Below, one piece after another: positions 31,533 through 40,434 of a DNA stretch of 64,000 nucleotides. The notes beneath the pieces were generated by a model. It was given only the letters and a program-made list of their open reading frames with translations, did not search any database and had not been told where the DNA came from. Origin of the DNA: an uncultured Bacteroidales bacterium. GTDB lineage: Bacteria > Bacteroidota > Bacteroidia > Bacteroidales > VadinHA17. Location of the stretch: NCBI GenBank assembly GCA_963806555.1, contig CAWDYR010000011.1, forward strand, positions 2,424 through 66,423, read 5' to 3'. Position numbers and translations under genes: made by a program. Each line of letters starts with the position of its first letter. Position 1 is the stretch's first letter.

Positions 31533-32625
31533 ATGAAAAGGTTAATTTTATTCCTGACATTTGTATTAAGCGGAGTAATGATCATTGCTCAGCCTGTCTA
31601 TGAAAGTTTCATCTGCAGAGCACGATTTCGGTAAATTCAAGGAAGAAGCAGGGAGGCAGAAATTTGATTTTGTGGTGCTGAATACGGGAAATCAGCCTCT
31701 GGTAATTCAGAATATTGTTGCATCGTGTGGTTGCACAACACCGGAATGGACAAAGAGTCCGATCCCGCCAAAAGGTTCGGGAACGGTTACTGCAATTTAC
31801 GATCCGGCAAACAGGCCCGGCCCGTTCAATAAAACACTCTCCGTCTATACAAACTCAAAACCTGAGATTACGGTTCTCGTTATAAAGGGGGAAGTTGTTG
31901 CAAGGGAAAAGACTGTGGATGAACTCTTCACATTCCCCGTAGGTCCGGTTAGATTTGAAAGCAATCATCTGGCATTTACGAACATAAAGAAGAATGAAAA
32001 GAAGATCAGGGTAATGCAGGTAATTAATACATCCAAAGAGCCTGCCACCATCGAGTTTGACAATGTTCCCGCTCACCTTACCCTGAAGGCAAATCCCATG
32101 ACGTTAAAGCCGGGACAGAAAGGCGTTATCGAGGGTACATTTGACGCTAACAAAAATCAGTCATGGGGAAATGTGACAGATATGGTAAAGCTCAAAATTA
32201 ATGGCGTAGTCGACCAGAAGGTATACTATGCTGTTTCGGCAAACCTTGTTGAGGATTTTTCAGGATTATCAAAGGATGAGCTGGCAAATGCACCGGTCTT
32301 TAAAACTGAATCTACAACCATAGATCTTGGTAAAATTCAGGGTTCGACTGCCAATGATGTTGAGTTCAAATTTACAAACACTGGTAAAAGTGACCTGATA
32401 ATCAGACACGTCCGGGCCACATGCGGTTGTACCGCCGTTCAGCAGGGAGTTCAGGGACAGGGGATCAAACCGGGAGAATCCAGCGCTATCAAAGCAGTAT
32501 TTAATTCTGGCAGTTACAAAGGAAAAGTTACAAAAGCCATCTATGTATATACCAACGATCCGAAAAACTCAGAAGTCGTTCTTATGCTGAATGCCGATGT
32601 TGAACAGGAGACTGCAAAAAAATAG
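31533..32625 (+). CDS. DUF1573 domain protein (one +1 frameshift near 31600)
   Basis: Signal peptide MKRLILFLTF in the upstream frame. Ig-like repeats with ASCGCT and ATCGCT. Confidence 0.85.
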
Positions 32626-32630
32626 GATCT

Positions 32631-33721
32631 TTGGAAGAAGGTACAGAATTCAAAAGCGCTCTTAAAGTTCAGCAGGGGATACCTCAACCGCCCAGTGTGA
32701 ATCCTTCCGTACTGTCGGGTGCAGGCAGAAAGAAAAGAAAAAAATATTCAGTTGGTGAGTATGTTTCCGGTATTGTTTCAGGAAACAGGACTATTCTGAG
32801 TCAGGCTATTACATTGATAGAGAGTTCATTGCCTGAACATTACAATAAAGCCCAGTCAATAATTGAAAAATGTCTTCCCTTTAGCGGGAAGTCTGTCAGA
32901 ATAGGTATAACAGGAGTCCCGGGTGTCGGGAAAAGCAGATTCATCGAGACTTTCGGATTGCAGGCGGTGAACATGGGAAAGAAGCTTGCGGTGCTTGCAA
33001 TTGACCCCAGCAGCGAGCATACAAAAGGAAGCATCCTGGGTGACAAATCAAGGATGGAAAAACTCAGCATTCATCCGTGATGCGTTTATCAGGCCATCAC
33101 CATCAGCCGGAACACTTGGAGGTGTTGCGCGAAAGACAAGGGAAACAATTATACTTTGCGAAGCGGCCGGTTTTGATACAATCCTGGTGGAGACTGTCGG
33201 GGTGGGGCAGTCCGAAACTGCAGCCCATACAATGGTCGATTTTTTTCTTCTTCTTATGCTTGCCGGAGCCGGCGACGAGCTGCAGGGGATAAAAAGGGGG
33301 ATCATGGAAATGGCTGATGCCATAGCCATAACCAAAGCAGACGGGAATAACATAATTTCAGCAGCAAACGCAAAATCAGCCTTCCAGAATGCCCTGAACC
33401 TCTTTCCTGCACAGCAGTCGGGATGGAAACCCAGGGTGGTCACCTGTTCGGCACGGGAGAATACCGGTATAAGCGAGATCTGGGAACTTATCATGGAATA
33501 TGTTGCCTTTAATCAGAAGTCAGGTTACTTTGAGGAGTTAAGGAAACAACAGGCAGTACTAAGGATGTACGACTACAATTTCTGAATACCTGAACCATTC
33601 TTTCTACAACAACGATAAGGTTAAACTGCTCCGACCGGAACTGGAAAAACAGCTCTACCAGGGAACCGTCACTTCTTATAAGGCTGCCATGAAGCTGCTG
33701 GATAATTATTTCAAAAAGTGA
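32631..33721 (+). CDS. meaB: Methylmalonyl-CoA mutase-associated GTPase (two +1 frameshifts near 33078 and 33572)
   Basis: GITGVPGVGKS, AIDPSS, GSILGDKSRM, FIRPSPS, ETVGVGQSE and GDELQGIKRG motifs. Confidence 0.92.
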
Positions 33722-33739
33722 AATAATAACAATAATTCA

Positions 33740-33747
33740 TATCTTTG
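33740..33747 (+). promoter_or_regulatory. Sigma-A -7 element
   Basis: TATCTTTG about 47 bp upstream of the TlpA-like gene. Confidence 0.6.
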
Positions 33748-33794
33748 CGCGAATTGAGAAAGTCAACCAAATCCAAAATTCAAAATTGAATTAC

Positions 33795-34892
33795 ATGAAA
33801 AAACTATTGTACGTGATTTCAGTAGCAGTTCTTATTGCTGCCTGTTCGAGCGAACCTCATTATACCGTTAACGGGAAAATTGAAGGAGCTGACAGCGTCA
33901 CTTTCATACTCCAGAAAAGGGATGGCGTAAATATAGTAAGTATTGATTCTGCAGTTGCCAGCAAGGGCTCCTTTAAAATGAAGGGCGCCGTTAAATATCC
34001 CGAGATGGTGCTGCTGGTTGTGAAGAATGCCAGGATGAGGACTTCATTTTATCTTGAGAACTCAGATATAACTATCACAGGAAAGCTCGATTCTCTTTTC
34101 AGTGCAAAGATAACAGGTTCAAAATCGCAGGATGAATACCAGGGCTTTGTCGATTCCAATAAAGCTCTCAATGAAAAGTATACCCAGATCTATAACGAAT
34201 ACCAGACAGCGAACCAGTCAGGTGACACAGCCAGGGTTTCACAACTTGAGAAACAGGCAGAGAGCGTTCAGAACGAGATGACAACTCTGCAAAAAGACTT
34301 TGTAAAAAACAATCCGGCATCATTTGTTGCTCCTTCAATATTAAGGAGTCTCAGCTTAGAGATGGAAAGTACGGAAATTGAGTCGTATATAAATGCAATG
34401 GATACGGCAGTTGCCAACACCCCAATTGTCAGCGAGCTGAAGGAAAGAGTTGAGAAGATGAAAGCTGTGGCGGTAGGACAGAAGGCGCCCGATTTTACAC
34501 TCAGCGATCCTGAAGGAAATCCTGTATCCCTTTCTTCAAAATTCGGTCCAAAGCTGCTGCTCGTTGATTTCTGGGCTGCCTGGTGCGGTCCATGCCGCAG
34601 GGAGAATCCAAATGTGGTCAGGGTTTACAATGAATTTCACAAGAAAGGATTTGATGTATTCGGTGTTTCACTCGACCAGAAAAAGGACGACTGGGTAAAG
34701 GCAATTTCGGATGATAAATTGACCTGGACACATGTCTCCGATCTTCAATACTGGAATAATGCAGCTGCAAAATTGTACGCTGTCAATTCAATCCCGGCTA
34801 ACTTCCTTCTTGATGAGACCGGTACAATAATAGGCAAAAACCTCAGGGAAGAGGAACTTTATAATAAGGTAAAGGAAACACTGGGGGAATAG
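33795..34892 (+). CDS. TlpA/AhpC-TSA thiol-disulfide oxidoreductase lipoprotein with DUF4369-type N-terminus
   Basis: Lipobox IAAC, APDFTL, DFWAAWCGPC and SIP motifs. Confidence 0.9.
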   Translation: MKKLLYVISVAVLIAACSSEPHYTVNGKIEGADSVTFILQKRDGVNIVSIDSAVASKGSFKMKGAVKYPEMVLLVVKNARMRTSFYLENSDITITGKLDSLFSAKITGSKSQDEYQGFVDSNKALNEKYTQIYNEYQTANQSGDTARVSQLEKQAESVQNEMTTLQKDFVKNNPASFVAPSILRSLSLEMESTEIESYINAMDTAVANTPIVSELKERVEKMKAVAVGQKAPDFTLSDPEGNPVSLSSKFGPKLLLVDFWAAWCGPCRRENPNVVRVYNEFHKKGFDVFGVSLDQKKDDWVKAISDDKLTWTHVSDLQYWNNAAAKLYAVNSIPANFLLDETGTIIGKNLREEELYNKVKETLGE

Positions 34893-34968
34893 GATTGCTA
34901 AGTCACTTAACCAGGGGTGGTTCTTCGTTTTTTCGAGGAGGGGTGGCCGGATCCATTGATTTAATATG

Positions 34969-35044
34969 TCTTATAATACGTATTTCTTTTTTTCGAAATA
35001 CGTCTTATAAGACATATTTCTTTTTTTCGAAATACCTATTATAA
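34969..35044. repeat. 34-bp tandem duplication (about 2.2 copies)
   Basis: TCTTATAA-N4-TATTTCTTTTTTTCGAAATAC-N at 34969 and 35003, partial copy at 35037. Confidence 0.75.
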
Positions 35045-35092
35045 GAGCGCTTATATAGATTAATCCCCTTTGCACAAACTCACCCCCTATTC

Positions 35093-35448
35093 CCCATAGC
35101 CGTCAACCTGAGGAATGGGTTAGCTTATAAATCAAACTGTATGTAACAGATTTGCAATATTTTACATTTCCCCTCCTTTTCAAGGAGGGGTGGCCGGGAC
35201 TATAGATTTTGAGGAGTTTACAATCTGTTTTCCCGGCCGGGGTGGTTAATTACTGTTTCAGTCTATCCATTTGAATAAAGGTAATAAGAAAGACTTGAAT
35301 CAACCACCCCGGCCAGACGAATTTAGTTTCTGCGTGTGAGATGATTTCACCGTCTGGCCACCCCTCCTTCAAAAGGAGGGGAAAGTTATTTAATTGTGTT
35401 TCAGCTAATTAAATAATCCTCAGTTTAAAATTGATTCTTTGGCTATGC
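35093..35448. mobile_element. MITE-like element (copy 2)
   Basis: Aligns along its length with 11878-12242. Left end CCCATAGCCGTCAACC, variant right end TTGGCTATGC. Confidence 0.75.
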
Positions 35449-35452
35449 ACCG

Positions 35453-35593
35453 CACTCCTTCTATCCCCTCTCCCGGTGTGAGAGGGGGACTTGAACCCAA
35501 ATCTTCCACTGATTTACAATAGGAACCTAAACAATTGGTTTTAAGCCCCCCACCTCGGGGGAGGGGTTGGGGAGGGGTTGGGGAGAAGTTGGG
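35453..35593. repeat. REP-like C-rich/G-rich palindromic element
   Basis: CCCCTCTC..GAGAGGGG and CCCCC..GGGGGAGGGGTTGGGGAGGGG hairpin arms between convergent genes. Confidence 0.55.
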
Positions 35594-35628
35594 TCAGGCT
35601 TGATGGTTTTTGATATTATTCAGAAGCT

Positions 35629-36333
35629 CTATTGGATTTCCTCTTTACCAGATTCATCGCCGGTTTTTACCTCTTCAAGAATAAACCCGGTACCACGGAC
35701 AGTACGGATATCAATACGTTTATCCTCCGATATATACTTTCTCAGACGGCTGATAAATACATCCATACTTCTTCCGAGGAAATAATCATCCTCGCCCCAG
35801 ATCTCAGTGAGGATATCTTCCCTTGCCAGTATCTTGTTCTTATTAATAATAAAGTACTTCAACAGCTGGGCCTCTTTCAGGGTAAGCTTCTCTTTGGTGG
35901 AACCGCTGAGAAGTTCGAGAGTATTGAATTTCAGTACTGTGTCTGAGACTTTGTATTCATCATTCATTGAGGAATATGCCCTTTTCAGGATGTTGTTTAT
36001 CCTCAGGATTAGCACTTCCGGATCAAAAGGTTTGGTGATATAATCATCAGCGCCTATCTTTAAACCTCTTACAATATCTTCCTTCAGGCTCTTTGCAGTG
36101 AGGAAGATTATGGGAACATCAGGGGATGCGTCTTTTATCTTTTCCCCCAGAGTAAAGCCGTCCATTTCAGGCATCATTACATCGAGGACACAGATATCAG
36201 GTTTACTCTCATTAAACCTGTCCCAGGCTTCCTTACCATCACGGGCAAGTGTTACCTCGAATCCGCTGATTGAAATATATTGCGACAGGATATTCCCGAA
36301 GTCCCTGTCATCTTCAGCCAATAAAACTTTCAT
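35629..36333 (-). CDS. OmpR/PhoB-family response regulator (RprY-like)
   Basis: LAEDD, LDVMMP, FLTAK, GADDYITKPF and winged-helix RSMDVFISRLRK...TVRGTGF. Confidence 0.95.
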   Translation of the reverse strand: MKVLLAEDDRDFGNILSQYISISGFEVTLARDGKEAWDRFNESKPDICVLDVMMPEMDGFTLGEKIKDASPDVPIIFLTAKSLKEDIVRGLKIGADDYITKPFDPEVLILRINNILKRAYSSMNDEYKVSDTVLKFNTLELLSGSTKEKLTLKEAQLLKYFIINKNKILAREDILTEIWGEDDYFLGRSMDVFISRLRKYISEDKRIDIRTVRGTGFILEEVKTGDESGKEEIQ

Positions 36334-36343
36334 ATCCTTTATA

Positions 36344-37750
36344 TTAATAGGGTATTGTTACTGTAAATATACTACCTTTTCCGGGTTTGCTGCTAACTGT
36401 TACGTCTCCGCCATGGGCTTCCGCAATTTTTTTCACATAATAGAGCCCAAGGCCAAGTCCTTTATATTTATGTATGTTGCCGGTTGAAGCCCTGTAAAAC
36501 TTGTCGAACACATGTTTCTGATCAGTTTTGCTGATTCCTATTCCGTTATCAGCCACCCTTACAAATATTTTGTTGTCTTCCGTGAAGCCCTCAATCTCAA
36601 TGACAGGGTCCTTATCCGAGTATTTCACTGCATTTGAAAGGAGGTTGTTCATCAGGGTCGTGAAATATACAGTATCAAGATCAACTTTAGCGCCATTAAA
36701 ATTATATTTTTCGGCAACTGAAGTACAGTTTCCGCAGCCTGTTTTGAAGCTACCGACAATATCATTCATGAGTTCCTCAACCTTAACCTGTTTTTTATCA
36801 AGCTGGAACTGGGTTCTTTCCCACATGCTTATTTCAAGGATCATATTGATAAGCTGATTCAGATGAACACTCTGCTTGCCTATCAGTCTGGCTGTCTCCA
36901 GTATCTTTTCATCGTTCGATCTTATCTGGGGCATTTCAAGTGTCCTGCCGGCAACTGTTATGGTTGAAAGAGGTGTTTTCAGCTCATGGGTCATATTGTT
37001 GATGAAATCGGTCTTAAGATTTGACAGCCTCTTTTCCTCCATAAGGTTTCTGTAAGTTATCATGAACAGGCCCACAACAACCAGGATGCTCAACAGGCTG
37101 AGAGCCAGTGATGCGGATGTTTCACGCAATATAATGTTCTGCTTGTCGCTGAAGTCGATGAAAAAATCAAAGTCGAGCCTGAAATTGTTATCTTCATAAC
37201 GTTCACCCTTCACGTATATTTCAGACACGCTCGTTCGTTCCGGCCTGCGCCGGCTGGTACCCTCCGGGGGAGGTCTCCTGCTGACCCGGCTGGCTAATTC
37301 TTCACTGACATAAACCGGGATTACGGTATCAGCTTTGAGGAGTTCGAACCGGTTAACTCTTATTTTATGTTTGAATTTACTGTCAACGCCGTTTCTTTCA
37401 AACCAGTTTGAAAGAAATTGAGAAAGGTCCTGTTCAGTATTAAGCGCTGTTGTCACAAAAAGCAGCATATCTTTCTTTTTTACCGCAAGAAGTGAATCAT
37501 CTGTAATTTTGGAAATTTCATTTACCCATTCGGCTGCCTGTGCCCTTATTACCAGCCTTGCAGTATCAAAACCATCTGTTCCCCATCTTCTGCTCATGAC
37601 CGAGAGAGCATCCTGTGACTGCAACCTGTACCTCAGGTTGAACATCTCATCCTTCTGCCACCACACACCACTTATTATAATTATCTGTACGGTTGCGAGC
37701 ATAATTATCGACATAATACCAAAGAGCAGAATGGTATTTCTTTTTTTCAT
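36344..37750 (-). CDS. Sensor histidine kinase (RprX-like)
   Basis: Two TM helices, H-box NMTHELKTPL, N-box NLLSNAVKY, DNGIG and GLGLGL. Confidence 0.95.
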   Translation of the reverse strand: MKKRNTILLFGIMSIIMLATVQIIIISGVWWQKDEMFNLRYRLQSQDALSVMSRRWGTDGFDTARLVIRAQAAEWVNEISKITDDSLLAVKKKDMLLFVTTALNTEQDLSQFLSNWFERNGVDSKFKHKIRVNRFELLKADTVIPVYVSEELASRVSRRPPPEGTSRRRPERTSVSEIYVKGERYEDNNFRLDFDFFIDFSDKQNIILRETSASLALSLLSILVVVGLFMITYRNLMEEKRLSNLKTDFINNMTHELKTPLSTITVAGRTLEMPQIRSNDEKILETARLIGKQSVHLNQLINMILEISMWERTQFQLDKKQVKVEELMNDIVGSFKTGCGNCTSVAEKYNFNGAKVDLDTVYFTTLMNNLLSNAVKYSDKDPVIEIEGFTEDNKIFVRVADNGIGISKTDQKHVFDKFYRASTGNIHKYKGLGLGLYYVKKIAEAHGGDVTVSSKPGKGSIFTVTIPY

Positions 37751-37810
37751 GTTTTTCTATTTTCTCAAATTTATTCAAATTATCGATATCATCCGATTAC
37801 CCGTTAAACA

Positions 37811-37867
37811 TTAACCCGGTGTTAACCTGGCGTTAACACAGTGATAATATCACGGGCACTATCTTTG
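37811..37867 (+). promoter_or_regulatory. OmpR-type direct repeat (TTAAC x3, 11-bp period) plus -7 element
   Basis: TTAAC at 37811, 37822 and 37833. TATCTTTG at 37860-37867. Confidence 0.65.
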
Positions 37868-37892
37868 ATATAAGAAAATTAAAGAGGCAGTC

Positions 37893-38624
37893 ATGAAAAA
37901 ATTAAGGTTTGTTTTAATAGTAGTTATCCTGGTTTCTGCCGGTTCCTTTTACCAGCCTGTTTTGGCGCAGGAAAAAACGAAAGAAGAAAAGGAAAAGGAA
38001 TTAAAAATGCAGGAGGAGATCAGGGCTCAGAAGAGAGCAATTGCTGAACAGAAAAAGGCCCAGGAAGAATTACAGAAAAGCCTGGAAGATCAGAAAGAGT
38101 TAAACGAGGATGTTATGAAAGATTTTAAAGTACAAATGGACGAGGCTTCCATAGAGGCTGCCGACAAGTACAGGGATTTTGTTAAGGTTTACAAGGACAA
38201 TGGGGACATGAGACGGCGTTTTGATTTCGCCGGCGAGCCCTGGGTTTTCTCCTCCGGATCGGAGCCCTTCATGATTCATTCTTTGATGGGAGGCGATAAT
38301 GAAAGGACGACCTGGGATTTTACTAAATCATTGAAGGAGAATTCATTTTCAGGCGACTACACCTTTGACGTGGAACCGACGGCAAACAACGTGGTAATGT
38401 CAGTTAACGGCGATTGCAAAGCAGGCGATATACGTATCAAAATAATAATGCCCAGTGGCAAAACTTATTCGGATATTGTTATCGATGAATTTGGCAATCT
38501 CAACTGGAGAAAGTCATTTGCGATATCTGAAGAGGAAAATAAGGATAAGGCAGGAGCATGGAAGTTTAAGATTGATGCAAACAAAGCAACAGGTTTTTTC
38601 AAGATTTCTCTTCAGACTTATTAA
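37893..38624 (+). CDS. Hypothetical exported protein (coiled coil plus C-terminal beta domain)
   Basis: Signal peptide ending VLA-Q, EK-rich coiled coil, beta-strand-rich C-terminus, followed by a terminator. Confidence 0.75.
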   Translation: MKKLRFVLIVVILVSAGSFYQPVLAQEKTKEEKEKELKMQEEIRAQKRAIAEQKKAQEELQKSLEDQKELNEDVMKDFKVQMDEASIEAADKYRDFVKVYKDNGDMRRRFDFAGEPWVFSSGSEPFMIHSLMGGDNERTTWDFTKSLKENSFSGDYTFDVEPTANNVVMSVNGDCKAGDIRIKIIMPSGKTYSDIVIDEFGNLNWRKSFAISEEENKDKAGAWKFKIDANKATGFFKISLQTY

Positions 38625-38643
38625 TTTTTCATTCCAGGTTTAG

Positions 38644-38676
38644 GAGGCTGGTTCGGTAAGTACCAGCCTCTTTTTT
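38644..38676 (+). terminator. Intrinsic terminator
   Basis: GAGGCTGGT-loop-ACCAGCCTC-TTTTTT. Confidence 0.85.
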
Positions 38677-38683
38677 ATAGCAT

Positions 38684-40414
38684 TTATTCTGACGAAGCAG
38701 AAGTGTGGCCGCCCTTTACACTCTCAACCCTTACTGTGAATTTTGAGCCGCCTTTTACAATCCATCTTACATCCACGTGCTGGTAACCCTCAATATTTGC
38801 AATTTCAATACGCACTGGATTTTTCTTTTGTTCACTTGTGATATTCCTGTCAGGATCGGTAACAACCATACCTGCAATTACATTTCCCCCTTCAAGTGAA
38901 ACATAATCGGGAGCGTCGATACCGTATCGCAGATTTGTTCCCGAATGAGTCGGTATTAACTGTTTGTTGGTAACCGTAGCCGTCACCTCCTTCAGCCCTC
39001 CCGGGAGATTCTTTACTTTAATGCCCGATACTTCAAGCTTTGGTGTTACCCAGGCATTATATATGCAGAAAGCAGCATTACGGTGGGCATCGCTTTCAAG
39101 CAAAAATCCGGGATGTGTCCGTCCGAAGTTCTTATTGAATCCTCCTATTTCAATCTTCCCGTACAAAGGGTGGTCAACTTCCTGCCATGGGACAAATGCA
39201 TCTTCGAAAAGCAAGAGCCTGTCAAACTCGTACGGGTCGGTATTGGCGGTATCATAGAACATCAGGTACTCATTCCAGAGTTCATTTGAAAAGACATAGC
39301 TTCCCATTGCACCATACCACCAGTCGAGCTCTCCGCCGTAAACCGTGTACATATCTTTCCAGATGGTAATAAATTTATATCCGGGAATTATCTCCTGGCC
39401 CTTTCTGCCGATAGTATTCATGACAATATCATCATTGCGGGTATAAACTTCGGCTCCCCCACCCTGGATAGAAGGGCCTCTTAATACAAGTCCGCCCGAA
39501 TTATGAAATGATTGAGCTCCCGTTATGTTCCGGTGTTTAAGTCCGAAATCCCTTACTGCCTGGTTCTCGGGATATGAAAAGGGGTATTTCCCTGCTCCCT
39601 GCTGCACATATGCCGGTTCCCAGTTGAACCCATAATCACGGTTAGGATCATAACCACCAACAGGATCCTCATTTACAAGTCCGTCGCCATCATTATCAAT
39701 GCCTTCCAGCCCGAGTACTTCATACTCTCCCTTTTCGCCCGGTACAACCCTTATCATCATCCTCGGATCCTTCAGATCGCTCCTGTAAGTTCCGTAGGGG
39801 CTTTTTCTCCGCATCTGGCTTATTATCCCGTCCTTATTCAGGTCATCGTACCTGTCCTCATCGTAAAGTCCGTCACGGTCGTTATCAAGAGGTACGAGCC
39901 CCGACCTGGGTGAGGAGGCGGTATTTGGTTCATCCATGAAATATTGCCTGGCATCCGGATTAATAGTAGGAAGGATATAGAACACCTTGTCTTTCAGCAA
40001 CTGGTTTATAAACCCGTTTTCGTCGTACATCTCACAGAGGTACCAGGCTGTGTAGAGGGCCATCTCAGTTCCCTGGATCTCGTTAGAATGGATATTCCCA
40101 TCGATATAAAAGCCGGGCTTCAGGGAAGGATCCTGGTTCTTCTTATCCGAAATGGTGAGGGCGATAATATCCCTTCCCTTATACGATTTCCCGGCTGACT
40201 CCATAGTTACCAGGTCGGGGTATTCCTTTGCCAGCTTCCTGCACAGATCTGCAATGCCGTCATAAGTATTATACTTGTTCCACGAAACCTGTACCTTAGG
40301 GTTCGCGGGGGAGCCGGCAGCCTTAAAGAACATTTCGGGATTCTGGGAAAAAAGCGCTGGTGATATCGTCAAAAAGAAGAGGACCAGCAGTGAGATTATG
40401 ATATTTTTTTTCAT
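38684..40414 (-). CDS. M14 zinc carboxypeptidase (catalytic residues intact)
   Basis: Signal peptide, GNIHSNE (HxxE), INPD, DPNR, SFHN, NELW and DxDxDG Ca-binding-type loops. Confidence 0.9.
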   Translation of the reverse strand: MKKNIIISLLVLFFLTISPALFSQNPEMFFKAAGSPANPKVQVSWNKYNTYDGIADLCRKLAKEYPDLVTMESAGKSYKGRDIIALTISDKKNQDPSLKPGFYIDGNIHSNEIQGTEMALYTAWYLCEMYDENGFINQLLKDKVFYILPTINPDARQYFMDEPNTASSPRSGLVPLDNDRDGLYDEDRYDDLNKDGIISQMRRKSPYGTYRSDLKDPRMMIRVVPGEKGEYEVLGLEGIDNDGDGLVNEDPVGGYDPNRDYGFNWEPAYVQQGAGKYPFSYPENQAVRDFGLKHRNITGAQSFHNSGGLVLRGPSIQGGGAEVYTRNDDIVMNTIGRKGQEIIPGYKFITIWKDMYTVYGGELDWWYGAMGSYVFSNELWNEYLMFYDTANTDPYEFDRLLLFEDAFVPWQEVDHPLYGKIEIGGFNKNFGRTHPGFLLESDAHRNAAFCIYNAWVTPKLEVSGIKVKNLPGGLKEVTATVTNKQLIPTHSGTNLRYGIDAPDYVSLEGGNVIAGMVVTDPDRNITSEQKKNPVRIEIANIEGYQHVDVRWIVKGGSKFTVRVESVKGGHTSASSE

Positions 40415-40434
40415 GAACGGATTTTTTCCTGTTA

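Noticed and set aside
34969-35044. Possible mini CRISPR array
   Set aside because: The 34-bp units abut with no unique spacers, there are only about 2 copies, and there are no cas genes.
35567-35785. 72-aa ORF starting in the G-rich repeat
   Set aside because: It is derived from the repeat and is antisense to the response regulator.
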